Source of the DNA: Camelus dromedarius | Lineage: Eukaryota | Direction of reading: 5' to 3' | Assembly: GCF_036321535.1 (NCBI RefSeq) | Contig: NC_087437.1 | Coordinates: forward strand, 118,918,001-118,982,000 | DNA: 64,000 nucleotides | Shown here: piece by piece, positions 27,555 to 39,950 of the stretch | Position numbering within the stretch: the stretch's first letter is position 1 | How the letters are laid out: every line of letters starts with the position of its first letter | Position numbers and translations under genes: made by a program | The notes under the pieces: model-generated | What the model was told of the DNA's origin: nothing | What the model saw: the letters and a program-made list of their open reading frames with translations, nothing else | The model's database searches: none

Positions 27555-27875
27555 GCTATAGACTAGATGCTTGTGGCCCCCCAGACTCGTGTGCTGAGAT
27601 CCTACCCCCAGTGTGATGGTGTATGGAGATGGAGGCTTTAGGGGCTGATTTGGTCATGCGGGTGGAGCCCCCATGAACAGGATTAGTGTCTTCTCGGAAG
27701 AGACCCCAGGGAGCTCCCTGGTCCCTCGAGCCACATGAGGATGCAGCGAGAAGACAGCCAGCTACACACTGAACACAAGGCAACTTGATCCTGGTCTCCC
27801 AGCCTCCAGAGCTGAGACAGGTGTTTGCTGTCTGAGCCGGGCTGTGCTATTCAGGTTATAGCAGCCTGAATGGAT
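27555..27875 (+). mobile_element. MLT1-type MaLR LTR
   Basis: 'ccccagtgtgatggtgtatggagatggaggc', 'cccagcctccagagctgaga', 'gttatagcagcctgaatgga'. Confidence 0.8.
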
Positions 27876-28130
27876 GAAGAAAATAGGTTTAGTTTTGGGT
27901 TTTTTTTTTTTGTTTTTTTTTTTAATTTCTTGGATCTACCATATGCTCTGCTCTTCGATGGTGCTTCCTGAATGTGATCTGCTCGGATTCCAGGAACAAG
28001 GCTGGAGTTAAGTGTCACGAGCCCTGCTTGACAGACGGGGTGGGGTTGGGGCATCTTATTTGGAGCTGCAGTGTGGTCAGGACTGGGGTGGGGTGGGGTG
28101 GACTGGAGTCCATGCCCACTGGGTGTCCTT

Positions 28131-28510
28131 TGTCCACTTAAAAAAAGTGCACAGCCTAAAAGTTGAGACTTAAGTTTTATTTGGTGGACGTTCTGAGGAC
28201 TCCAAGCCCAGGAGATGGCTCTAGGAGCCTGCTTGCTCCAAAGAGGTAGGGGAGAAGCCAGGATATACAGGAGTTTTTGCAACAAAGACCTAGTAGTCAG
28301 AACATCAAAAGATTACTGTTAATTAAAGACAACCAGACATCTCAAATTAAGGAATTTGGTGCTTTTCTGTGTCTGGGAAGGTGCAAAGGTCTGGGCTCAA
28401 TGAAATCATTCCACTGATGTGCAGCTAGCTGTCTAGGGCCAGTGTCCTGTCCTTTTCCATCCTGAGTCCCCACAGTTGGCACGCTGGGGGCGGCTGCAGA
28501 GGCTGAGGGA
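28131..28510 (-). mobile_element. ERV1-type LTR (right end unclear or truncated)
   Basis: Begins TGTCCACTT and is colinear with 32332-32779. Confidence 0.8.
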
Positions 28511-29589
28511 TCTCGTGAGCCAAGGAGTTGCCGTCCAGGTGGGTGAGATGCGGGGGAGGCAGCAGGAGGCACCTTGCCTGGAGAAGGTGGCAGCACAGCC
28601 GGGCCCAGGCCTGAGCCCCAGAGGCCCTCCTCTGCCCCCAGCAGGCCCAGTAGGGCAGAGAGCCGGGCGCTGGCATCTCCAAGTTCAGTCTGCTCTGCAG
28701 AGGGAGGGCTGGCCAGGTTGGTAGGAGACGCATGTGGTGTGGTCACCTGTCCTATTTGGGGGCTGGGTTGACATCTGGGAGGCTGGATGGGGAGCTGGTA
28801 GACCTGGGGACTCAGCAAGAGGCTAGGTGAGCCCTGATCCTTCCGCGTGGCCGTGTCCACAGCCGGGGTTCTCGCAGGAGGGGCCTAGGCGGCACCCAGG
28901 ATCGGTTTCTGTCCCTCCAGGGGCGGACTGGGTGGTTTGTGAATGGTCTTCCCTCCTGTCTCACTAGTTACACCAGGAAGCATTCCTCCTCTTCCCACTC
29001 GCCTGTCCTGCCTGGTTTGTCCAGTTGGACCAGAAACTGCAGAGACAATTAACCCCTGGGGCTCAAGGGCTTCTTTCCCTGGGACCGGAGGCCAGAAGTT
29101 GCCTTGAGCAAATCTCGGCTGTCTGTTGCTGAGATTCCAGACCAGGCCCCTCACTGGACAGACGAGCATCCAGGCCAGTTAATCTGGGTTTGGGCTCCAG
29201 GCACCCCCGGTGTCTGGCAGGGTGGCCGCCTGCCAGTGATCGTGTCTAACTCTGAAAGGGAGGGACTTGGCGATGTGCCCGTCCTACATCACTGCACCAA
29301 CGGGCCCAGGAAATGATGGATCTGGAAGTGATTTGAAAAGAGAAAAAAGCACAAAAACACTGCAGAGATCCAAACAAAACCACAACCCAAACCGGCCGGG
29401 ACCGGCAACCAGGGCCGGCAACCGGGGCCTGTGGGAAACCTGGTTTTCTTTGGTGTCGCTTGTTCAAGCTCTTCTTCTAGGTCAACAATAGCAAAACAAA
29501 CCAGTATTTACACAGGACCCGGGAGCCTAGCACTGCTGAAGCGGGGTGGGGAGGGATGCGATGCATATTTGCAAGAGCGCCTACAAGGG

Positions 29590-30700
29590 CCAGAGCCGCA
29601 CTGCACTGAAGCTGAAGCTTACCTGTCTTGGAAAAACCCTCTTTAAGGTGTAAAATACAAAATCATCACTCCAAGAGCAGATCAAAAGGAGACATCTATT
29701 TGAAATGAGAATCCACAATAAACTGCAAATTCTCAACCGCTAACATTACCACCATATCACAAATTAAGAAAAAGAACCTAACAGTCGTATTAATTCTACT
29801 GTAACTTTTAAACTACATTTTGGGGGTACACACTCTGTTTACTTCTGTCAACTAAGATAAACGCGCAGCCTAAGAGTTGAGAGTTATGTTTTATTTGGCG
29901 GGAGGACTTGAGCCGGGATGACGGCTCTGAGGGGCTGCTCCGAAGAGGTAGGGGAGGAGCTGGGATATACAGGAGCTTTACAACAAAGACCAGGTAGTTG
30001 GAACAATAAAAGGTTACTTGTTATCTAAAGAAAAACAGGCATTTCAAGTTAAAGAATTTAGTGCTTTTCTATGTATCAGAGGAAGCAAACATTTGGGCTC
30101 ATTGAATTCAATGTCCTGTCCTTTCTTATTCTGAGTCCCCTCAGAGGGCACCATTGTGAGTGGCCGCAGAGGTCGGGCTGCAGGTCTGTCTTCACTGGGG
30201 GGCGGCGGCAGCAGCTGATGACTTGATGGCTTCAGTATTCTCTGTTTACTGATATGGCTTGCAGTGTTTTTCGTTCACACTTCTTAAGAGAACAATTTTA
30301 AAATAGTCTTTCTGTGGAGAGGATGGAAGGGACCCTCTGCCTTTCCTCACTTAGCAGGGAGCTTCTGGCCCCGTACGTCTAGAACCTTTGCTCCACTGCA
30401 CTCCGCAGTCGCAGGGCACCAGGCACCCGAGCACACACAGCGCTCATGTCCCGAGGAGACGCCTGCCCTGCATCCCTGCCCCCAGCCGGCCCTGTGGGTG
30501 GTAGAGCATTTGGAGAAGCCATTCCCACACCTCACCGTTAACAGCAAATTAGCTACACATGACGGCAGACAATATAACATTTATGCATCCCAAATGAAAT
30601 GTACCCCGGACTCAGCTTCCCCTGAACACCCATCCAAATAGGACTCCCGCAGAGGCTGCGGCATCAGCAAGAGAACAGGAGGAGCCCACCAGCAGAGAGA
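29590..30700. mobile_element. Zaphod/MER115-like hAT-Tip100 relic interrupted by an LTR
   Basis: 'ctgaagctta..ccctctttaag..aatacaaaat' and 'aaatgtaccccggactcagcttcccct' resemble the recalled consensus. Confidence 0.6.
29846..30279 (-). mobile_element. ERV1-type solo LTR, complete
   Basis: TG...CA termini, 4-bp TSD CTTC (29842-29845 and 30280-30283), AATAAA on the minus strand near the left end. Confidence 0.9.
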
Positions 30701-31269
30701 CGGCGGCCCCGGTCCTCAGGGCTGCAGTCATGACATCTTACTTGTGCAATGTTTGTAAAGGGGACCGAGGCTCCCACCTCGTTAGTATCCAGGAAACGCC
30801 CCGCTCCGAGTTCCACGGTCCACGGCGACCCTCTGGGACCCAGCCTGGCCTCTCAGCAGGTGAGCTTTGGCCCGAGGACAGACGCCTAGCCAGCACAGGC
30901 CTGCTGGGAAGCGACCTGCACACTCCAAGCCCTTCCAGCTGCCTCTGCAGATGCAGGGAGACGGTACCAAACACAGACCCGCCATCAGCTGGCAGCATCT
31001 GGGCCTGGGTTTCTCTGCAGCCTCTTTGTGTTAGTTTAGAAGAGAGGCACTCGGGCTCATTGTCTTGCTCTCCTGGTGCGAAGGAACGGCCCTCAGGTCT
31101 TAAGCCTCCAGGGTTTTTGGCCTGGCCTGTAGGGAGGATGGAGCTGTCACCTATGAGATAAGAAGGGGCAAGTTTGTGGGGAGATGACTGGCTCAGGTTT
31201 GGACAAGTTAAATCCGAGATGCACGCTTGACGCCCAGATGGAGACGTCAGAAAGGGAACTGAGAACTTG

Positions 31270-31990
31270 AGGGAGGCTGGGGCTGCGGAGAGAGGGCTGC
31301 GCTGGAGGGGAGAGGTGGGAGTCCTTCGCACAAATAAGCCGAGACGGAGACGGCTAAAGCCTGCGGCTGGGCGGGCGGAAGCCCGGGAGGAGCCCGTGGT
31401 CAGCAGGGAACCTGCAAAGGGGCAGGAGGAAAGCCCGGCACGGTGGGCTGGGGGCTGAGCTGTGCCCTCCCCCACGTTCGCAGGCTCGAAGCCCTAAGCC
31501 CCGCCCCCCGCCCCGCCCCACCGCAGAATGTGACCGTATTGGAAGGTAGGTCTTTAGAGAGAAGATTGTGCTAAAAGAGGCCCGCGTCCACCCTGACTGG
31601 TGTCCTCACAGGGAGAGGGGTATGTGGCCCTACAGGGCCCCCGGGCTCGTGCGCGGACGGAACGCCACGCAGGGGCGGAAGCTCTTCCCTTCTTCCCTCC
31701 TCAAGTCTTTGGGCTAATAATCAAATTGACGTAAGGCAGACTGACCGGAGGAGAACATCCACTTTGTATGCGCGGGACTCATGAAACTACGAGGCGCTGG
31801 GTCGTCGGGCTGCGCTATGTGGGGCTCCGTCCCGCAGCGCCGCGCTCCGCCCCGCGGGTCAGGAAGCGCACCCCGCGCCGCGCCTGCGCGGGGGACCCGC
31901 CGGGCCGCCTCCCCGCTCTCTGCCGCGCGGATGGGGCAGCCTACCGGCCGTCGGGCTCCGAGCAGAAGTCGGGAGGAGGGCTTGAGGGAG
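31270..31990. promoter_or_regulatory. Orphan CpG-rich island overlapping MLT1-like and LTR-like sequence
   Basis: High CpG density, GC boxes at ~31500-31520, TGACGTAA at 31727-31734. Confidence 0.55.
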
Positions 31991-32331
31991 GGGGAGGCCC
32001 TGGGGAAGGGAGCTGTGTTTAAATGCAGATGCCTTTTGTTGCATTCGAAGGGGAAAGGCAGCTCCCTGCAGGCTTTCCTGGTGGGGGTGGAAGGACTCCA
32101 AGGACCCGGGGAGGGAGACGGGCGCCTGCTTCAGGGGTGATGGAGAGTCCCTGACGGCTCTTCCGCAAGAGGTTGTCAGAGTCTAGATCTTCGTCCCCTA
32201 AACTGGCTCCTTACTCGAACTGCTCTGTGGAGAATCAGCTGAATTCCTTGCCCCCTTCCACCTGCTGACTTCGCCCCTCCCCCACGTGCCAAAAGTGGGA
32301 GGAGGTGAGGGGTGCAGCTTCCAGCTTGCTT

Positions 32332-32779
32332 TGTCCACTGAACCGAAAAAACAGCACAACCTAAAAGTTGAGAGTTACGTTTTATTCAGCAGACTTTCTG
32401 AGGACGCGAACCAGGGAGGCGGCCTCTCATCTCGCTCTGAGGGACGGCTCCAAAGAGGCAGGAGAGGAGCCAGGATGTATAGGAGGTTTTGCAACAAAGA
32501 CCAGGTAGCTGGAACATCAAAAGATCTCTGTTAACTCAAGAAAGCCAGACCTCTCAAGTGAAGGAATTTACCGCTTTTCTAGGCGTGGGAAGGTGTGAAA
32601 GTCCGGGCTCACTGAAATCACTCCTTTGATGTGCACCTTAGCTGCCCAGGGCCAGTGTCCTGTTCTCTCCCACCCTGAGTCCCCACATGGGGCACTGTTG
32701 GGAGTGGCTGCAAAGTGATGGCTTGATGGTTACAACATCCTTTGTTTACTGACTTGGCAGGTGACATTTTAAATTCACA
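32332..32779 (-). mobile_element. ERV1-type solo LTR, complete
   Basis: TG...CA termini and 4-bp TSD GCTT (32328-32331 and 32780-32783). Confidence 0.9.
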
Positions 32780-33122
32780 GCTTTAAACCCGAGCAGATGA
32801 GGGACCTGAGTGGGTTGTCAGGCAGAGATCCTTGAAAGCCTGTTGATCATTATTTAACACTCAGAGGGAGCCCCTCGTGTCTGCCACATGCTGCTAGAGA
32901 CCCCACTGACAGAGCCCAGGAATCCTCTCAGCCCCGGGATGGACACCCTGCAGCGCACCCAGCAGGTGAGGAGACCAGGGCAGAGGGGTGTCATGACCTG
33001 TCCTGGGTCACACAGCCAGTGAACCTGTGGCAGAGACAGGAACCTGGCAGCCTGGCTTACATCACATGATTCCGGCCCAGCAGGTGAAAGACGTCAAAGA
33101 TGAGTGGTGTGTATGTTAATCC

Positions 33123-33756
33123 TGATGCAGGAAAACAGGCATGGGGCGAGAGGAGGGCCGTGTCCCAGGCTTCCGTTGAGCCCCTGGGACGTGCCCCGCC
33201 ATGTGTGGGTCCTTGGCTTCATGCAGGAAAGAATCCAAGAGCAAGCCACAGTTGAGTGAAGGTAGATTTATTCAGAGAGATACATTGAAAGGCAAAAGAA
33301 AGTCCAAGAGGTGTGGGGGTTGCGTGCTCAGATTAAAAGTAGGTACACATTCCATAGACAGAATGTGGGCCATCTCTGAAGAGGGAGAGAGAGAGGCGGC
33401 CTCCAGGCGCTGTGTTGCTAGTTTTCATGGGCTTGGTGGCTTCATATGCTAATAAGTGGAAGGGCCAGTCTAAGTAGCCTGTGGAAGGGACTGGGATTCC
33501 CAGGAATCTGGCCATTTCCCACTCTTTGACCTTTTGTGTCTAGCCTTGGGACTGCCAGGGTGCCTGTGGGCGTGTTACTTACCATGTTAATATATTTCAA
33601 TGAGTGCATAACGTAGCTCAAGATCTACTAGAAGTTAAATCTCCCATCATCTTGAGGCCTCAAGGCCTCCTGGGGGTTGAATCTTTCACCATTTGGATGT
33701 TAATTGCTGTAGCATTCCTTGAATGGCTGTGCCCTGCCCCCTTCCATTCTGTCTCA
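33123..33756 (-). mobile_element. Solo LTR of a second ERV family inserted in an L1 3'UTR
   Basis: TG...CA termini and TSD ATCC (33119-33122 and 33757-33760). The flanks rejoin to L1 3'UTR 'gtgtatgttaatcccaaactccc'. Confidence 0.88.
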
Positions 33757-34435
33757 ATCCCAAACTCCCAATTTATCCTACCCCTTCTCTTTTGGTAACC
33801 ATGAGTTGTTGTCTATGTCTGTGAGTCTATTTCTGTTTTGTATTTGTCAGTTGTATCATACTTAGATTCCACATATAAGTGATATCATACGATATTTGTC
33901 TTTCTCTGACTTACTTCCTTTAGAATGATGATCTCCAGATCCATCCATGTTGCTGCAAATGGCATTACTTCATTCTTCTTTATGGCTGAGTAGTATTCCA
34001 TTGCATAAATATACCACATCTTCTTTATCCAGTCATCTGTGGATGGACACTTAGGTTGCATCCATATCTTTGCTATTGTAAATAGTGCTGCTGCAAACAC
34101 TGGGGTGCATATGTCTTTTTGAATTAATTTTTTTTTTTTCAGATACATACCCAGGAGTGGGATTGCTGGGTCACATGGTAGTTCCAGTTTCAGTTTTTTG
34201 AGAAAGCTTCATACTGTTTTCCACAGTGGCTGCACCAATTTACTTTCCCACAAACAGAATATGACGGTTCCCTTGTCTCCATATCCTTGTCAACATTTGT
34301 GGGCTTTTGGGTGTTTTTGATGATGGCCATTCTAGCAGGTGTGAGGTGATAGCTCATTGTGGTTTTGACTTGCATTCCCTGATAATTAGTGATGAGCATC
34401 TTTTCATGTGCCTCTTGGCCATTTGCATTTCTTTC
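33757..34435 (-). mobile_element. L1 3' fragment (ORF2 C-terminus and 3'UTR)
   Basis: Peptide [38 protein letters not shown]. Confidence 0.92.
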
Positions 34436-36735
34436 CAGAGCTATTTTTGACACTCGGTACCCTATGTTGCAGGTTATTTAAAAACTACATTTTCTTCTAA
34501 GGAAGCAGGACAGTTTAATCCCCAAAGCTATAAATACATATTGTCAAATTAAAAACAAATGACATCTGGATGTAGAAAGGAGAGACTGTATTTGAAAGGC
34601 TATTGCAAGGGAGGGGAAGGGACTTTTCAATAGGAGAGGGGCTCTGAGCAAAGATTTACAAGCATCTCCACGTCTCAGACTGGTGGGGTTCCTGTCCCGC
34701 CCTCTGCCCTCTCTGTTCCCGCACTGGCCCATCTACTCCCCCAAACTCAAAGTTTCTCTCTCCTGGAGGACTAACGTGGGCAGAGAGAATGAACCTGTCT
34801 GTGGTTCTTACCTGAAAAAGAGGCCTAATTGCGTTGACTTTGCTTTTTGTGTAAAATAACGGGTGGTTTACTTGTAGCCTATGAAACGAATGGTTAAAGA
34901 TTACTAAGGTTTTGTAGGTCCTAGAAGAAAATTAGCAAGTTGCTCATTTACTAAAAATGCAGAAGCCCAGAGTGTCTCCTGCTTCCCCTAAACTCAAGAG
35001 GCTGCCCATGTCCTCGGAGATAGGGGACACTGGCTGTTAGAGACATTTTCATATGAGAAAATCCAGAAAAGGTTTAATGACCCAGAAGAAATAGTCAAAA
35101 CTCTACTTAAAATATAAAATGTTTTAATTTCATTACACACCATAAAATATCAGACACCACCTGTATAAATTCCAGCTGACCATATTGCTGACTTTTCACG
35201 CTCCCTTTGGATGAAGCCGTTTTGTTCCAACTTGTGACTTACAAATTTGTCATCCAGTTTCCCCGCCATGGAAGCCACCGCTTTCTAGCTGATAGTTTTC
35301 CGAGGTACTCATGTGGTTTTTGGTTTGTCTGTCTAATTTCTTTGAGTTACAGCAAGCTGGCTCAGGCAGAGGGCTGTCACTAGAAACTTTATCCCAAACT
35401 GAATCTGTTGACAAAACATTAGAACATTGTTTCTTTTTCATTCCTTTTGTAGGTGACTTTACATAACCTAGATACCCTTCTGTTTTTAATGTGGTCTTTA
35501 AAAGGCTTATTTAACACCCTGGGTCCCTGAGTGTGAGGTCATTCCTTCTGGAATAATTCCGTCTCTGTTCAATGTCTTTTCTTCTTTATCTTCTGTGAGT
35601 GATTCAACCAGGTGACTACTCCAAGCATCCCAACCAACCCCTGATCCAGGTCATTTCAGGTTATTGTGCTTCCAGGGAGAAGAAGCTGGCTTTTTGTAAA
35701 AAGAAAAAAAAAAAGATCTGGTGTTATATTTCACAATAACAACATTACTTTAAAAAGCAATTATGAGTGCCTTACAATGTGAGAAACTTAATAAGAACTT
35801 AAAGAGAAGACAACCTGATCTTTACTGGGGGTTGAATTTTTTAGGGAAAACGCTTATTTAGGGATCTGTGCTCTGATGGTGATTTCCAGAGGTTTTTATT
35901 TCTTGGCATCATTTGTGTTGTGTTGAGTTGGCAGTTGTTTTCAGTTGCCACTATCAAGCTGTTACTGTTTTGTTAAGCTTTTTAAATTATCAATTTAACT
36001 TATTTTGAGTTGTTTGGTTATTTGAAGAGTGGTACAGCCATAGGATTTTTGGTCTAGAATTTTCTAATAACTAAACCCTGTGCCTTGGACTTCATAGGTG
36101 TTCCCCAAACCCTTCCTGATGGGCAGATGTGGATGGAGACCGCACGCCCAGGGAGCTTGTTGGGGCCGTAACGATGTGCTGCCTGTGAGTCTGCGCAAAT
36201 TAAAGTGTCTGCAAAATTCTCTCAAGATCAGTATGCTGAAACCGCCGGGGGATTTGAGACATCATCTGAAGCTTTATAGATAGAGCGTTGTTAACAATAT
36301 CGAGCACCATGCAGACGTTGACATCCTTCTCCAGCGAAGGCATAAATCAATGATTCAGATACACTTCTAGGGCAAGTTGAATATTTACCTCTCTCCATTT
36401 TTGCTGTTGTTTTCACCAAGTTTTTCCTGCTGCAGAATGACAGTGGGCAGATGTTGGTAGCCTTCTGGGTCTTTTGCGCTAATTAAATTCAGATTGGGAG
36501 CAAAAGAGATTGTGAGATTTGTGATCTTTAAATTCTATTCTCCTTTGGATTTCTAGGCGCCCGGGAGATATATGCACAGTGGAGAGTGCAGCTGTGTGCA
36601 CATACACACACAGGAGTTCACACACATGCCCACATGCCAAAGCACACGCACGCTTATGGGCTCAGGTGTGCACACCCAGCTATATATACATATGCATTCA
36701 TTTTGCTTCATATGTGTACCTGTGCTCAAACCTGA

Positions 36736-36736
<1 letters not shown>

Positions 36737-36766
<30 letters not shown>
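36737..36766. repeat. (CA)n microsatellite
   Basis: Perfect CA run. Confidence 0.95.
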
Positions 36767-36767
<1 letters not shown>

Positions 36768-36844
36768 CTGTCATCCTTTGTTTTCTTTTCTACAACTCTG
36801 TTCTCTAGGTCAAGATACCCCCAGGAGAGCAGGTAAAGCTTTAA

Positions 36845-37070
36845 ATTTTTGTTTGCTTGTTTTATTGAAGCATAGTTGATTTACAATGTTATGTTACTTT
36901 CAGGTGTACAGCAAAGTGATTCAGTTACACATACATATATATATTCTTTTTCAGATTCTTTTCCATTAGGGAAAAGCTATTACAGGATATTGAATATAGT
37001 GCCCTGTGCTGTACAGTAGGACCTTGTTGTTTATCTTTTTTATATACAGTAGTGTGTATATGTTAAATTT
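36845..37070 (-). mobile_element. L1 3'UTR fragment
   Basis: 'ttattgaagcatagttgatttacaatgt..caggtgtacagcaaagtgattcag'. Confidence 0.85.
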
Positions 37071-39249
37071 TTTAAATTAAGCTTAAGCTTTATTAAATGC
37101 ATATGCCCCGTATATAGTCATCTTTTTATTGTTGTATACGATGATCTAAAATGGTTCATGTAACTGCTCATTTTTCTTCTCACGAAGACAAGTACTTAAG
37201 TGATAAATCTGGAAACAAAAATCACCTCAAGGTTCAGTTCCACAGGAAAGGACAGAGGGTGTGATACACAACACTCGGCACTCAGGCTGCCTTTGGCCTG
37301 TCATAAGCCATCCTCCAAGGCTCTGAACATTGTCCTTGGACTGTTGCCATGGCCACACCAAGTCAGAGGGGCCACGCACAGAGCGGTGCCTGATGGTGGC
37401 CGCTGCCTCCCCACCCGGCATGGATGTCCTCATGGGACACCAGATCATGTTCAGTCTTCAAAGCAACACTGTGATATTCATTCTGTTTCAGGAAAGGAGG
37501 CTAAAGGCATTTTGTGTGTTGGCTGTAGTCTTGGATTTGGGGACTTATGAAGGGTTTAGGAGCCATTACTTTCAAATAAGAGGTATCTTCTGAACCACAA
37601 AATTCTGTAGACTGCAGAGCCACGTGGTCAAGGGAGTTGTCATGGAAACACACCTTCAGATTCACCATGTCCTCCTCTGTCCTCTCCAAATGTGGCAGAG
37701 AGGATGGTTATCTCCTTGTCACTCATCCCACCCCTGCCGCATTGTGGCAGCAGCCCTACGATTGGCGGGTGGGTCTCAGAGCTAGGGAATCTAAGCCAAT
37801 CATAGAAACTCCAGCTTCTTCAACAGCAATTGGTCAGAACGACCTTGTCTAAGCCAGTCAACACATGGCATTTCCTTGGTGGAGAGGGACTGGCTCAGGA
37901 ATGGACGTGAGACTGACTACGGCCAGTGAAACATCCAGGGAAGTTGGCTGGTGGCTTCTGGAAAAGACTCTGTATTGTCTAAAGAGATGGCCTCTTTCTC
38001 TCTCACTGGATGTTACTGTGGACTCACAATGACTGCCCACAACCATCTGACAGCCAACCACCTTCAGGAGGGAGCTCATACTCTGGATGGCAGATTGGAG
38101 ACACAAAAAGGCCCTGATCTCTGGTGACTTTTTTTCAGGCAAGTTCCCAATAGGTGGCACGTTGAAATAGGAATGATCTGAAGAGAGTTTAATAAAGCAA
38201 CTGCTTGAAAAAGTGCAGAAGAGTTAAGTTCAGTGCCCCCGTAAAGATAGTACCAGTGGGGGGTGCTGTCTCCTCCTGCCTTCTGCCCCCGCCCCCAACT
38301 CCACCAAGTCCTGAAAGAGAGGAGGAGAAGTCTGGAACCTGGAGGCAGAGGGGCTCTGTGGGGATGGCCTTCTCAGAGGGGTTGGGCCCGTCCGTGGGCT
38401 GCAGCCGGCCTGCGGGGGTCCCTGCAAGGGGGGAAGTGGGAGAGGAGATACCGTCCTCACTCCCCTCTCCTGTTGGGCTCTCCTGCTCATGTTCCTCATT
38501 AGCCAGATTTCGCTGGGAGTCTGTCCGGCAGCACAGGGAGGGCTGGGACAGTCTGGAGGGGCAAGTGGAAACTTCCAGCGCAGTGTAGGATGATCGGGCA
38601 AGAACTGCCGGACGTGCAGCTGCAGGACAAGTAACTTTCCTTGTTTTAAAGTTACTTTAAATTGGGCTTTCTGTTTCTTGCACCCCAAAGTATCCTAACA
38701 GACATAAAGTATTTTATGTGCACATTTAAAAAAAATGTTATGGGCACAAAACTGAATGAGGAAACTCAAGAGAAGAGGCAGAAGCTACCAGCCTATTGGT
38801 GTCCAGGCCCTGACACAGGCAGGGCCACCAGGACTTCACGCCCTAAATGGGAAAGGACACCAGAGGCACCCGGGAGCCAGCTCACACTAGGGAAGAAAGA
38901 GCAGGAGCAGGGCTTCCTCCCGTGAACAGAAAGCGGGACTGCTTTTGGCAAGGGCTGCTTGCTTGACCTGGGAAGGTGGTGGAGTTGCAGGTGAGTTAAC
39001 CATGAGCCTGCCAGCAGTAACAGGATGCCAGGAGGAAGAGGAAGCCAAACAAACAAACCAGCAGGAGACGCAAAATCATGTTTCAAAGTGTAGGGGAAAG
39101 AAATGCCTTGAAAACATTTCCAGTAAGTGTAACAACGGGAAGGATGCTCCGAGGAAATCCAGAGTTCAGCAGTCATCAAAGGACTTTAACATGCTGTGTG
39201 TGCCCTTCAATGAGACAGAGGGAAGGACCAAAACAGAAATGACCAAAAA

Positions 39250-39950
39250 TTAGGATTCTGTGAAATGACTCAAGCAGCTGTCAATCAAGAAGAAGTGGAT
39301 AAAAGAATGGACACTTGGAAACCCTGGAATTTAGAAAATAAAATCAATATTGAGATAAACAACTTAATACACAGGATAAACCCTAACGTGGACACAGTTA
39401 AAGAGACAATTAGTGAAACAGAAGATTGTACCAAGGAATGAATGCCGGCGGGACAGAGAGATAAACAGATAAAAAATGGGGAAAAGACTTAAATAACATG
39501 GCCATGAAATGAGACCCTGCAGCACGCATCTGATAGCAGGTCCAGGACTAGAGAATACGGGAGAGAACGGAGGAGCTCTCCAACTTGTCCTAGAAGGGAA
39601 TTTTCCAAAGTTGAAGAAAGATATGGGATTCCAAGCAGAAAGATAACACAGAGAAGCAAGTAGGAGAATAAAATAAGCCCACAGTCAGATGCATCGCAGT
39701 AAAAATGCAGAACAAAGGAAAAGAGAAAATCTAAAGGGTGGCAGAAAGGAAGAAGGTAGGTGGCCTACACAAAGGAATGATAGACTAAAAGCTGACACCT
39801 CAATATTCAGGATAGAAAACAGTGAGTGGAAACTTCAAAAGGCAGAGGAAAACGACCTTCAACCTGGAATTCTATCAACAAGCAAATGGTTATGAAGACT
39901 GAGCGCAAAAGAACAACTTCAGACTTACTAAGAGTGAAGAGTTTAACGGA
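39250..39950 (+). mobile_element. Ancient L1 ORF1-region relic
   Basis: A-rich, with 'ttcaacctggaattctat' and 'gaattttccaaagttgaagaaaga' ORF1-like motifs. Confidence 0.55.
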
